Origin: Candidatus Magasanikiibacteriota bacterium
GTDB taxonomy: Bacteria > Patescibacteriota > Patescibacteriia > Magasanikbacterales > GWA2-37-8
NCBI GenBank assembly: GCA_041665405.1
Contig: JBAYIZ010000005.1
Location: forward strand, 2,513 to 66,512
Direction of reading: 5' to 3'
Length of the DNA stretch: 64,000 nt
Below are positions 17,238-27,270 of the stretch, piece after piece. The notes below the pieces were generated by a model. The model made no database searches. It had not been told where the DNA came from and worked only from the letters and a program-made list of their open reading frames with translations. The position numbers and the translations under genes were made by a program. Within the stretch, counting starts at the first letter, position 1; each line of letters opens with the position of its first letter.

Positions 17238-17924
17238 ATGGCTAAGTTAACAAAAAGAATGGCTGCAAATACAGCCAAAGTAGACAAAAATAAGGTCTAC
17301 TCCCTAGATGAAGCTATCAAGCTCATCAAAGAAACTTCTGGTGTAAAATTTGACGCCAGCGTTGAAGTTCATGCTCATTTGGGTATCGACCCAAAGAAGG
17401 GCGACCAATTGATCCGCGCCACTGTGGTATTGCCACACGGTATCGGCAAAACAAAAAAAGTAGCCGTCTTCGTTTCCAGTGAAAAAGAAAAAGAAGGCAA
17501 CGAATCAGGTGCTGATGTTGTTTATACTGAGGAAGGTATTAAAAAATTAAAAGATACTGGTAAAATCGACTTCGAAGTGGCTGTGACTACTCCAGATATG
17601 ATGCCTAAAATGGCTGCAGTTGCCAAAGTGCTTGGTCCAAAAGGTTTGATGCCTAGCCCAAAAACAGAAACTGTCGGACCAAACTTGAAAAAGATGGTGG
17701 AAGAATTGAAAAAAGGTAAAGTCACTTTCAAAAATGATGATACTGCCAACATTCACCAAATCGTGGGAAAAGTTAGTTTCGATGATGCCAAATTGAAAGA
17801 AAATTTATCTGCCTTTCTAGAAGCTTTGAAAAAGGCACGACCAACCACTATCAAAGGAACTTATATCAAAAATTTAATCCTCTGCTCTACCATGGGTCCA
17901 TCAATCAGAATAAACGAGAACTAA
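17238..17924 (+). CDS. rplA: 50S ribosomal protein L1
   Basis: 'KFDASVE', 'LPHGIGK', 'LGPKGLMP', 'STMGP'. Confidence 0.97.
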   Translation: MAKLTKRMAANTAKVDKNKVYSLDEAIKLIKETSGVKFDASVEVHAHLGIDPKKGDQLIRATVVLPHGIGKTKKVAVFVSSEKEKEGNESGADVVYTEEGIKKLKDTGKIDFEVAVTTPDMMPKMAAVAKVLGPKGLMPSPKTETVGPNLKKMVEELKKGKVTFKNDDTANIHQIVGKVSFDDAKLKENLSAFLEALKKARPTTIKGTYIKNLILCSTMGPSIRINEN

Positions 17925-17928
17925 ACCT

Positions 17929-17957
17929 GCACCCCTCATTTTTGAGGGGTGTTTTTT
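17929..17957 (+). terminator. intrinsic terminator
   Basis: CACCCCTCA-TTTT-TGAGGGGTG-TTTTTT. Confidence 0.8.
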
Positions 17958-17962
17958 AAACT

Positions 17963-18991
17963 ATGATTATAGTCGCCTCCGTTGGAGTAAACTCTCTAAC
18001 CGATGAAAAAATTAGAAAAATGATTTTGGCTGGGGCTGATATATTCCGCTTTAATTTTTCTTATCGTTCAATAGATGAAAACATAAGAAATATTGAAACT
18101 ACACAGGACGTTATATCTGATTTACACGCTGGAACCAAAATATTATTTGATTTACCGGTTAAAAAATACCGACTTGGCTATTTTGATTTGAAAGCATTCG
18201 CAGTTAGAGAAAATGAAGAATTTATTTTCAAATACGCTTCTTATTCTCCAGATTGCAATGAGTTTATACCAGTAAATATTAATCAAATTGGCAATAAGGT
18301 TGATATAAATCAAACGGTTACTATCAGCGATGGCGAAATCGCCATACAAATAACTGAGATAATCGATTCCAATACGATTAGAGCAAAAATTCTTAACAAT
18401 GGAATAATCTATTTCAACAAATCTTTTAATATCAAATATTATCGACCTGAACAAGAATTATTAACAGAATACAAACAAATAATTGAACAAACAAAGCATT
18501 TGGAACCAAATTACATTGCCGTACCATTTATAAACGCAAATTTTAACATCGAATTTAAAAATCTTATCAAACAACAAAACATCAATACTAAACTAATAAT
18601 AAAAATTGAACACCAAATTGACGAGGGAGAATTAAAATCAATCATTCAAGACACAGACTACGACATGATATTGATGGATCGTGGCGAAATGGGAGTGAAT
18701 TTGCCGTTTGAAAAAGTCGGATTGTGGCAAAAGCATATTTGTATGATTGCAAAACAATATAAAAAGAAAATCCTAATTTCAACACAGATATTAGAAAGTA
18801 CAATCAATAATTTTGTCCCCCACCGCTCAGAGATTCTTGATCTTACTAATATGATTTTAGATAGAATAGACGGCATCATATTTTGTCATGAGACAGGTTT
18901 TGGTATGCGCCCGGCATATTCTATTCATGTCGCAAAAAAAATAATAAATGAAGTAGAAAAACACATAAATAACCACAAACAAAGTGAATAA
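17963..18991 (+). CDS. divergent pyruvate-kinase-family protein lacking C domain
   Basis: 'RFNFSY', 'KIE', 'DRGEMG', 'STQILES', 'PHRSE' variants of PK motifs; 342 aa. Confidence 0.75.
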   Translation: MIIVASVGVNSLTDEKIRKMILAGADIFRFNFSYRSIDENIRNIETTQDVISDLHAGTKILFDLPVKKYRLGYFDLKAFAVRENEEFIFKYASYSPDCNEFIPVNINQIGNKVDINQTVTISDGEIAIQITEIIDSNTIRAKILNNGIIYFNKSFNIKYYRPEQELLTEYKQIIEQTKHLEPNYIAVPFINANFNIEFKNLIKQQNINTKLIIKIEHQIDEGELKSIIQDTDYDMILMDRGEMGVNLPFEKVGLWQKHICMIAKQYKKKILISTQILESTINNFVPHRSEILDLTNMILDRIDGIIFCHETGFGMRPAYSIHVAKKIINEVEKHINNHKQSE

Positions 18992-20045
18992 GAATAAATT
19001 GGACAAACTAATCCCCCCTCTCACTACTTGGATGAAACTGATTAAAAAGAATACAGAGGATTTGATATTTGAAGATCGTACAAAATATGATCGTCTTGAA
19101 ATTTTGTCATCTCTAACTGGCATTCAGTGTAATATTCCTATTTATAAATTAAAAACAGCTGACATTTTATCAGGCAAAATCAAAATAAATTTTAAGGGGC
19201 GTTGCGGATGGAGATTAATCCCTACAAAAAATAGTTTGCCAAAATTACGAACGCGAGGGAAAAGCATGGTAGCTAACAATAGATGGCTCAAAAAAGAAAA
19301 CATCAACCCACAATTTTATCCGTTAATAGAAATTATCCCCCATTATAACCAAATAATTAATTCTGGGATTTTCGTGATTGATGAAAATAAAATATTTGGA
19401 GAAATCGTGTCTGGAGACTTGTGGCAACTAATTTATGGAACGGCTACAACAAATTCATCCTTCCATTTTTTATATGACTTTAAAAAATGGACTTTTTCCA
19501 GAAGAAATAGCTTAGCAGAAAAAATAATCAAAAAATTAGTAAAACAATTAAAAATAGAAAGTAAAGAAGTAAAAAGAGAAATAAAAAAACAATTAAATGG
19601 ACAATTAAATAATTTTGGATTTATAAAAGGATACTACGAATTTAGAGCGTGGAAAGATAAAATTTTATTAGTAGATTACGATAGAATATTATACAAATTA
19701 TTTGATAAGCACTTGCTAGTAGATAAATTATATTTAAAAGGATCTTGTATCAGCCAAGGAAAATCTTCTGGTAAAATTAAAATTATTACTAATCCCAAAA
19801 AACAATCGGTCTCAAAAAATGACATCATTTTATGTCCGATTATAACGGTGGACTATTTACCTTTGATAAGAATGAGTGCAGGCGTAATCATCAAACAAGG
19901 TGGAATGCTTTCTCACGCAGCGATAATTTTAAGAGAAATTAAAAAACCGTGTTTGGCATTACCTAGCAATATAATAAACAAATTGAAAAATAATGACATG
20001 GTAACTTTGGATGCATACACTAATCAAATTATTATCAACAACTAA
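18984..20045 (+). CDS. protein with C-terminal PEP-utilising phospho-His swivel domain
   Basis: 'GGMLSHAAIILRE' signature; N-terminal region unassigned. Confidence 0.8.
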   Translation: MNKNKLDKLIPPLTTWMKLIKKNTEDLIFEDRTKYDRLEILSSLTGIQCNIPIYKLKTADILSGKIKINFKGRCGWRLIPTKNSLPKLRTRGKSMVANNRWLKKENINPQFYPLIEIIPHYNQIINSGIFVIDENKIFGEIVSGDLWQLIYGTATTNSSFHFLYDFKKWTFSRRNSLAEKIIKKLVKQLKIESKEVKREIKKQLNGQLNNFGFIKGYYEFRAWKDKILLVDYDRILYKLFDKHLLVDKLYLKGSCISQGKSSGKIKIITNPKKQSVSKNDIILCPIITVDYLPLIRMSAGVIIKQGGMLSHAAIILREIKKPCLALPSNIINKLKNNDMVTLDAYTNQIIINN

Positions 20046-20169
20046 AAATAATCCTGTAAACAGTTTTATTTACATCGTTTTTTCCTCTAAAACAAGATAA
20101 AAAATAGCTATTGGCAACAGTAGCTATTTTTGTTAAAATACCCGTGTAATTTAAACCTATTTTTGCCTT

Positions 20170-20655
20170 ATGAATGATGAAATATACATTCGCCCTACTT
20201 GGGACGAGTACTTTATGGAGGTATGCCGAGCTGTAGCCAAACGTGCCACTTGTGACCGCGGTCGCAGTGGGTGTGTGATTGCCAAAAACAAACAAATTTT
20301 AGTGACTGGTTATGTTGGCTCCCCCAAGGGATTGCCCCATTGTGACGATGTCGGACACCAGATGAAATCTACCATTCACGAAGATGGACATCAATCTCAA
20401 CATTGTGTACGCACCGCTCATGCTGAACAAAATGCCATTTGTCAGGCGGCCAAAACTGGCATCGCCATTGATGGCGCTACTATCTACTGCAAAATGACCC
20501 CTTGCACAGTTTGCGCGAAAATGATTGTAAATTCCGGAATAAAAAAGGTAATTTGCGAAAAAAAATACCACGCTGGTGACGAAGCCACTTTGTTTGGTGG
20601 CGGCGTTGAGGTTGTCTTTTTAGATGAAAACATCGAACCATACGCTAATCAATAA
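20170..20655 (+). CDS. dCMP deaminase family protein
   Basis: 'RPTWDEYF', 'HAEQNAI', 'PCTVC'. Confidence 0.92.
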   Translation: MNDEIYIRPTWDEYFMEVCRAVAKRATCDRGRSGCVIAKNKQILVTGYVGSPKGLPHCDDVGHQMKSTIHEDGHQSQHCVRTAHAEQNAICQAAKTGIAIDGATIYCKMTPCTVCAKMIVNSGIKKVICEKKYHAGDEATLFGGGVEVVFLDENIEPYANQ

Positions 20656-20743
20656 ATATAATAAGTTTCTACGAAACTTGAAATTACGTCGAGTTTCGTA
20701 AAAAATAAAATAAATTTTCTTTTTTAACTCAACTCTAGTAATT

Positions 20744-21301
20744 ATGAAAATCATTCTAGGATTTGTCGGGGATTTGGCCTCTGGAAAAGGTACAATTTGC
20801 AGATATCTAAAAGAAAAATACGGAGTTAACGCTTATCGTTATTCGACCATGTTACGTGATGTGACCAAACGATTATACATTCCAGAAAGTCGCGAAAATT
20901 TACAATTATTATCAAAAATATTGCGAGAAAACTTCGGCCAAGACCTCATGAGCAAAGTGATTGCTCTCGATGTGGAAAATGATTCGAACGAAATTGTCGC
21001 CGTTGAAGGTATTCGCCGACCAACCGATATCACCTACCTAGAAAAGATGCCGGGATTCAATTTGATTTATATCACAGCCGATTCCAAAACACGTTGGGAA
21101 AGATTGGTAAAACGATCAGAAAATCCTGGCGACTCTGAAAAATCTTATGAACAATTTTTACAGGATGAACAAGCTGAAGCAGACATACTGATAAAAGAAT
21201 TGGGACAAAAAGCTAAATACACACTTACCAATGATGGAACGTTTGAGGAATTTTATCAGGCTATGGAAAATATTTTGGCTGAATTAAGACTTCAAAAATA
21301 A
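20744..21301 (+). CDS. P-loop (deoxy)nucleoside monophosphate kinase-like protein
   Basis: 'GDLASGKGT', 'EGIR'; within thymidylate operon. Confidence 0.7.
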   Translation: MKIILGFVGDLASGKGTICRYLKEKYGVNAYRYSTMLRDVTKRLYIPESRENLQLLSKILRENFGQDLMSKVIALDVENDSNEIVAVEGIRRPTDITYLEKMPGFNLIYITADSKTRWERLVKRSENPGDSEKSYEQFLQDEQAEADILIKELGQKAKYTLTNDGTFEEFYQAMENILAELRLQK

Positions 21302-21303
21302 TT

Positions 21304-21738
21304 ATGCAAGTTTCGATTAAACGTCTCGACAAAACTATTCCTTTGCCACGATACCACACTCCCGGTTCGGCGGCTTTTGATTTATCGGCACGTGTCGAAA
21401 CTAAAATAGAACCAAAACAAATCGCTCGTATCCCATCTGGGCTGGTCATCGGCACACCCACAGGATATGTTCTCACTCTAGCCGCTCGTTCTAGTCTAGC
21501 TTCAAAAAAAGGGCTAATGTTGGCCAATGGAATTGGTACGATTGATAGTGATTATTGTGGTCCAGCCGACGAAATTTTAATTTCTGTTTACAATTTTACT
21601 GGACAGTCCGTCACCGTAGAAAAAGGTGAACGCATCGCTCAAGGTATGTTTGTAAAAATTGAACAAGGAGAGTGGGAGGAAGTCGAGGAGGTCGCTATTC
21701 AATCCCGTGGCGGTTTTGGCAGTACGGGAGATAAATAA
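21304..21738 (+). CDS. dut: dUTP diphosphatase
   Basis: 'GSAAFDL', 'RSS', 'GTIDSDY', 'RIAQ', 'RGGFGSTG'. Confidence 0.95.
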   Translation: MQVSIKRLDKTIPLPRYHTPGSAAFDLSARVETKIEPKQIARIPSGLVIGTPTGYVLTLAARSSLASKKGLMLANGIGTIDSDYCGPADEILISVYNFTGQSVTVEKGERIAQGMFVKIEQGEWEEVEEVAIQSRGGFGSTGDK

Positions 21739-21747
21739 TTTAAACAT

Positions 21748-22620
21748 ATGCAAGCATATTTGGATATTGTAAAAAAAATATTAGAACAAGGAGAGAGAAA
21801 AGCTAATCGCACTGGGGTAGATACCGTGACCATTGCTGGCGCTATGTTTGAACACGACATGAGCAAAGGTTTTCCGTTGATCACAACCAAAAAAATGCCA
21901 TTTAAAATAATCGCCTCCGAATTAGAATTTTTTATTAAAGGACTAACTGATAAAAGATGGTTGCAAGATCGCAATAATCATATTTGGGACGAATGGGCCT
22001 ATCCAAAAAAAGCACCCTATGGTCATGATGAGGCTAGCAAAAAAAGAATGGCGGAAGAAAGAGATCTTGGTCCAATTTATGGTTTTCAATGGCGCCATTT
22101 CAATGCTCCCTATTATAGTTATGAAACTGACTACACTGGACAAGGTGTAGATCAATTAAAAAGAGTGGTAGATACATTGAAAAATAATCCTGGCGACCGA
22201 CGGATGATTGTAGCCGCTTGGAATCCTCTCGCTCTACAGGATATGGCTTTGCCTCCTTGTCATTACGCCTTTCAAGTAACAGTAATTAATGGCAAATTAA
22301 ATTTATTGTGGAATCAGCGCTCAGTGGATACGATGCTTGGCTTACCATTTAACATCGCTAGTTACGCTATTTTATTACATCTGTTAGCCAAAGAAACTGG
22401 ATTACAAGAAGGAAAACTGGTAGGCTTTTTGGGTGATGTACAGATATACGTTAATCATTTGGAAGGAGCAAAAGAACAGTTGGCTCGCGATCCAAATCTT
22501 TATCCCCTACCAAAAATTGTTACTGAAAATTTCACTTCCATTTTTGATTGGCAATACACTGATACCAAAATTGAAAACTATCAAAGTCATCCCGCCATTA
22601 AATTTGATATAGCTATATAA
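21748..22620 (+). CDS. thyA: thymidylate synthase
   Basis: 'LGPIYGFQWR', 'LPPCH', 'QRSVD', 'PFNIASY'. Confidence 0.97.
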   Translation: MQAYLDIVKKILEQGERKANRTGVDTVTIAGAMFEHDMSKGFPLITTKKMPFKIIASELEFFIKGLTDKRWLQDRNNHIWDEWAYPKKAPYGHDEASKKRMAEERDLGPIYGFQWRHFNAPYYSYETDYTGQGVDQLKRVVDTLKNNPGDRRMIVAAWNPLALQDMALPPCHYAFQVTVINGKLNLLWNQRSVDTMLGLPFNIASYAILLHLLAKETGLQEGKLVGFLGDVQIYVNHLEGAKEQLARDPNLYPLPKIVTENFTSIFDWQYTDTKIENYQSHPAIKFDIAI

Positions 22621-22623
22621 ATT

Positions 22624-23094
22624 ATGTTTTCTCTCATCGCCGCCGTCGCCGATAATAATTGCATAGGAAAAAATAATAAAATTCCATGGAATATCCCGGA
22701 AGATTTTCAATATTTCAAAAAGATGACTTTAGGTAAAACTTGCGTGATGGGACAAGCCACATATGAATCTATTCTCGGCTATATTGGTAAACCATTGCCA
22801 GGTCGCCAAACCGTAGTGGTAACTTTAGACAAAAATTATCAAGCCGCCGAAGGAGTAAGAGTTTTTAATTCTCTAGACGACATTTTTGAAAAATTAAAAG
22901 ACGAGGATGTCTTTATTTGCGGTGGCGCCAGTATTTACCGCCAGACTATTGATCGTGTTGATACTCTATACATTACCCTTGTCCACCAATCTCCAGATGG
23001 AGATACTTTTTTCCCAGAAATCGATAAAAATATTTGGAAAGAAACAGCGCGCGAAGACCATGGTGGTTTTTCTTTTGTGACCTATAAAAAATAA
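22624..23094 (+). CDS. folA: dihydrofolate reductase
   Basis: 'IPWNIPED', 'PLPGR', 'GGASIY', 'GDTFFP'. Confidence 0.95.
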   Translation: MFSLIAAVADNNCIGKNNKIPWNIPEDFQYFKKMTLGKTCVMGQATYESILGYIGKPLPGRQTVVVTLDKNYQAAEGVRVFNSLDDIFEKLKDEDVFICGGASIYRQTIDRVDTLYITLVHQSPDGDTFFPEIDKNIWKETAREDHGGFSFVTYKK

Positions 23095-23099
23095 ATTGT

Positions 23100-23804
23100 A
23101 TGTTTATCATAATCGATGGTATTGATGGAAGTGGCAAAAGTACCGTTGTTTCTGTTTGGAAAAAATATTTATCTGATCAAGGCAACGCGATTTTTGATTT
23201 AAAGAATTATATAAAAGAAAATAATCACTACCCCGAATCACATGAATTTTCGGGATATGATTTCATTTTTTCCGCTGAGCCAACTTATACTGGAATCGGA
23301 AAAGTTTTACGCGAAGAATTAATTAGTTCCTCAAACTTCTATCCACCCAAAGCCATCGCTGAAGCGTTTTCACTTGATCGATTGGTCCTCTACACCAAAG
23401 TTATTATCCCTTTATTAAAAGACGGGAAATTAGTGATCCAAGACAGGGGCGTTTCTTCATCTTTGGCCTATCAACCACTCACCCACCCAGATGTCACTAC
23501 TGATTTTGTCGCCCACTTGCCTGGAAATAATTTGGCTTTGGAAAATAGACCAGACTATTTGATTTTTGTAGATTGCGATGCCAAAACTTCTTTTGAGAGA
23601 CTCGACCAAAGAGCGGATAAACAAGACAACGCCATCTTCGAACGATTAGAATTTTTAGAAAAACTCACCGCCCGTTATACAGACGAAAACTACCAAAAAC
23701 TCTTTACAGACAGAGGTACAAAAATTTTACATTTGAACGGAAACGAAAAAATTGATATAATGAAAGAGCAGGCTATCGATTTATTAAAAACTATTTTAAA
23801 ATAG
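23100..23804 (+). CDS. tmk: thymidylate kinase
   Basis: 'DGIDGSGKST', 'EP', 'QDR..SSLAYQ'. Confidence 0.9.
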   Translation: MFIIIDGIDGSGKSTVVSVWKKYLSDQGNAIFDLKNYIKENNHYPESHEFSGYDFIFSAEPTYTGIGKVLREELISSSNFYPPKAIAEAFSLDRLVLYTKVIIPLLKDGKLVIQDRGVSSSLAYQPLTHPDVTTDFVAHLPGNNLALENRPDYLIFVDCDAKTSFERLDQRADKQDNAIFERLEFLEKLTARYTDENYQKLFTDRGTKILHLNGNEKIDIMKEQAIDLLKTILK

Positions 23805-23805
23805 T

Positions 23806-24561
23806 ATGTTAACTAACATCTCAGAACTTATTCACCAAAGCTGGAACAACTACCTAAAGACTATGCGCCACTTCGCTCCATTCTTGGGAGTTTTGCTAGT
23901 TGGTTTTATTATTCGTTATTTTCTTGGCTTTGTTGGGCTTTATCTCAATGCCTACACCAAACTATCTGCTTTATCGGTAGATTTGGCTATCGCCTCGATT
24001 ATTTTTGCTCTGTCATTTTTAGGTATTTGGACATCATTTGCCATTATAAAATCCACTCAATTTATTCAAAAGAATTTACCTCTGATGACTTTTAAAGACA
24101 GTTACACCAAAACAGCCCATTACATTATTCCAACCTTTTTAATATCTTTACTGATAGCTGCCATTATATTTGCTGGTAGTATTCTGTTTTTGATTCCCGG
24201 TCTTATTTTTGCTATTTGGTATTATTTTGTAAACTATGTTATTATTTTTGAGGATCAGAAAAATTTGGGTAGTTTGAAAACTAGTAAACAATTGGTTGTA
24301 GGCCGTTGGTTCAAAATGGCTTTTCGAATTGTCTTGCCAAAAATTGTGTTTTTGATTGGAATAATTATCGTGAATCTTTTGATTACAACTTTGATTATCA
24401 AGATCTTTGATCCATCAGCAGTGAAGATTGAATTAATTACCGCATTGGTAAATGGGATTGTCACCTCTTTGACACTACCGCTATTTATTTGGAGCGATAC
24501 GGTTTTGTACTTTAGCGCCAAGGAAAATCCGGTTGTCTCTTTGACGCCACCAACTCCATAA
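23806..24561 (+). CDS. hypothetical multi-pass membrane protein
   Basis: About five TM segments; 'LIPGL'. Confidence 0.75.
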   Translation: MLTNISELIHQSWNNYLKTMRHFAPFLGVLLVGFIIRYFLGFVGLYLNAYTKLSALSVDLAIASIIFALSFLGIWTSFAIIKSTQFIQKNLPLMTFKDSYTKTAHYIIPTFLISLLIAAIIFAGSILFLIPGLIFAIWYYFVNYVIIFEDQKNLGSLKTSKQLVVGRWFKMAFRIVLPKIVFLIGIIIVNLLITTLIIKIFDPSAVKIELITALVNGIVTSLTLPLFIWSDTVLYFSAKENPVVSLTPPTP

Positions 24562-24574
24562 TAACAAATGACTA

Positions 24575-24603
24575 AAAAATCCGCCTTTTAAAGCGGATTT
24601 TTT
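24575..24603. terminator. bidirectional terminator
   Basis: AAAAAATCCGC..GCGGATTTTTT between convergent genes. Confidence 0.75.
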
Positions 24604-24610
24604 GTTTAGT

Positions 24611-25414
24611 TTAGTAAGGTTCAGAAATATTCCACAAAGTATCAAACATCGCTTGAATGGTAGAGTAAACATCCTCTGATTGAATCAATATAGCAGACAA
24701 TTCATTCACAGAAGAAACAAATACTACTTTCCTATCAAACAAATACACTACTGAAAAAAATTTTTCATTCATTTCTGCTGGCAAGTAACGCGGGTTACGT
24801 ATTGGAATTTCTTCTTTTTTTAAAGGTCCACCTCTATATTCATTAATACCGCGTTCATAAAGCGAACGTGCGGTAATATTTCTTTTTTTTCTTATTTCGA
24901 GATAATAATCCATGTACGCCTGATCAAACTGATAGAAAAAATTATTTTTTGGCGCAATCAAGTCCCAATGTCGCGAATTACAATAATACATTTGTTCAAA
25001 CAAAGCTTTTATACCTTCTATCCCCTCATAGTGATTAACTAAAACTTTTGGGATATTTACATGTTTAATTGTAGCCAATAATGGTATGGCCTCGTTTAAG
25101 ACAATCTTTTTTCTTTCCATCATACTAATCTGCTCATCTAGGATTTTTGGCAACAATGCAGGATCAGTAAAAGAAAATAATGTACCATTTCCCTGAATTT
25201 TTTTACTAACTAAACCTTTAGCCGACAGAGTGGATAACGCGTGGTAAACTGTGGGCCTTTTTATATCAGTCTTTTGAGATAATTCATTTGCACTAATATT
25301 AAAAATTCCAAGACCAGCCAAATAGATGTCGGACTCGGTTTTAGACAGACCGACAGACTCAAGTAATTGGCTCACTTTACCATTTTCAGCTGTTGATAAA
25401 TGTTTTATTTTCAT
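24611..25414 (-). CDS. TrmB-family transcriptional regulator
   Basis: 'GLSKTESDIY...RPTVY..L..KGLV' HTH; 'YEGIEGIK'. Confidence 0.85.
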   Translation of the reverse strand: MKIKHLSTAENGKVSQLLESVGLSKTESDIYLAGLGIFNISANELSQKTDIKRPTVYHALSTLSAKGLVSKKIQGNGTLFSFTDPALLPKILDEQISMMERKKIVLNEAIPLLATIKHVNIPKVLVNHYEGIEGIKALFEQMYYCNSRHWDLIAPKNNFFYQFDQAYMDYYLEIRKKRNITARSLYERGINEYRGGPLKKEEIPIRNPRYLPAEMNEKFFSVVYLFDRKVVFVSSVNELSAILIQSEDVYSTIQAMFDTLWNISEPY

Positions 25415-25560
25415 ACTGTCAAAGTAATATTATAAAGCGTTTATGGCTAATATTAAGGTATAATTGAACAAGTCAATAATACATTATAAACACACATTAA
25501 CACAAATCTATAATTTTGTTAAGCTTTCAATAAGATTAACCTAAAATTAACTTAATTTAT

Positions 25561-26538
25561 ATGTCAAAGAAATTTTGGTGGGCGATTTCAATATTTGTCG
25601 TAATAATTGTAAGCTTAGGCATTTTCGGATTTACAAAAAGCTTTAAACCGGTAGTCTCACAAAAGACTATAAAGATAGCTCACTTCAGAGAAACTTCGGC
25701 ATTGCCATTTTATATAGCTAATGAAAAAGGATATTTTAAGGCAGAAAATTTAAATGTAGAATTAGTTGAGGTAGATTCAAAACAATTGATTGACACCCTC
25801 GTGACTGGGAAAGTGGACTTCACCAGCGCGATTGCATGGCCATCGGTAGTCGGTTTCGAAATTGAACATCCAGAAATTCTTAAACCATTTGGAATTATGG
25901 GAGAATCAAATAGTGGAGACACGATTGACGGTTTTTTAGTTAAAGAAGATTCAAAAATTAATAAATTGGAAGATTTTAAAGGTAAGACTATCGCCTTTGA
26001 TAATCCGAGAGGTATCCCTTCTGCAAAAATGGTATTCAAAAAAATTGGTTTTGATCCAGATAAGGATGTTGTTCTAATGGATATGGGTAAAGATATTATT
26101 GCTAGTGCCCTACTCTCAGGAAAAGTTGACGCGGTTTGGACAACTCAACCATCCTTAACAATAATCGCTAATAAAATTAAAACAAAAATTGTTGAACCAA
26201 ACATGAGAACCAGATATCTGACCGATCCTTACTGGATTAGCCCGATGGGTTTAACAACCAATAATTTTATTTTACAAAACAGAGAAATAGTAAATAAAGT
26301 TGAGAATGCGCTGAAAGAATCGTTGGCTTTTATACAAAACAATCCAGTGGAAACAAGAATTATTGCTACTAAATATACCCCGCTTACCTCAGACATTACA
26401 GAAAAAATGGGAGTACAAACTTACAAATCCACACCAGATAATCAAGATTATCTTAGCATGCAATCAATAGTCGATTCCCTCGTTGAAGCACAGATCCTTA
26501 AAAAGGGAACTGGACTTATCCCAATGTATGCCAAATGA
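25561..26538 (+). CDS. ABC transporter substrate-binding protein, NitT/TauT/SsuA family
   Basis: N-terminal anchor; 'EKGYFKAENLNVE', 'DFKGKTIA', 'GKVDA'. Confidence 0.85.
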   Translation: MSKKFWWAISIFVVIIVSLGIFGFTKSFKPVVSQKTIKIAHFRETSALPFYIANEKGYFKAENLNVELVEVDSKQLIDTLVTGKVDFTSAIAWPSVVGFEIEHPEILKPFGIMGESNSGDTIDGFLVKEDSKINKLEDFKGKTIAFDNPRGIPSAKMVFKKIGFDPDKDVVLMDMGKDIIASALLSGKVDAVWTTQPSLTIIANKIKTKIVEPNMRTRYLTDPYWISPMGLTTNNFILQNREIVNKVENALKESLAFIQNNPVETRIIATKYTPLTSDITEKMGVQTYKSTPDNQDYLSMQSIVDSLVEAQILKKGTGLIPMYAK

Positions 26539-27268
26539 ATTTGGTTTGGAAATAATAAATCTATCAAAATCATTCGATAATCATACAGTTTTTGATGATT
26601 TCAATTTGGCTATACCCAAAGGCGAGATCATAGGTATATATGGCCCCAACGGTTGTGGTAAATCGACATTTCTTCATCTCTTGGCCGGAATACAGGAGCC
26701 AGATAAAGGGACAATCAGAATTAATAATAAAAAACCAAAAGAAATAAAACCCGGAATTGTTTTCCAAAATTATTCTGATCATCTACTACCATGGAAAAAG
26801 ACAATGGAAAACATTTTTTTGCAAGAAAAAATTCAGAAAAATACCAGAAGTGAAGAAATGTTAGATCATTTATCCGATTCACAAAAAAATCTTTTTCAGA
26901 ATTTATATCCATACGAACTCAGCGGAGGGCAACAACAATTATCATCTATTCTGAGGTCATTGATTAATACAGACGACTTAATATTATTGGACGAACCATT
27001 TTCTAGTTTAGATCAAAACATTAAAAATCAAGCTCATGATTTGATACTAAAGAACAGACAAAATGACCGGACCATTGTTTTGGTGACTCACGATTTACTA
27101 GATTCTGTATATTTATCAGATAGAATAATTGTATTAAAAGGGACTCCCGTCCATAACAAATATTTGAATCTAAATACAAAGTATAATTTCAAAGATAAAA
27201 TAGATCTTCTCCATTCATCGTTTTTCAGCGATATTTATAAACAAACAATGGAATACATAGCGTCATAA
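26528..27268 (+). CDS. ABC transporter ATP-binding protein, NitT/TauT family
   Basis: GPNGCGKST, LSGGQ, LLDEPF. Confidence 0.9.
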   Translation: MPNEFGLEIINLSKSFDNHTVFDDFNLAIPKGEIIGIYGPNGCGKSTFLHLLAGIQEPDKGTIRINNKKPKEIKPGIVFQNYSDHLLPWKKTMENIFLQEKIQKNTRSEEMLDHLSDSQKNLFQNLYPYELSGGQQQLSSILRSLINTDDLILLDEPFSSLDQNIKNQAHDLILKNRQNDRTIVLVTHDLLDSVYLSDRIIVLKGTPVHNKYLNLNTKYNFKDKIDLLHSSFFSDIYKQTMEYIAS

Positions 27269-27270
27269 AT

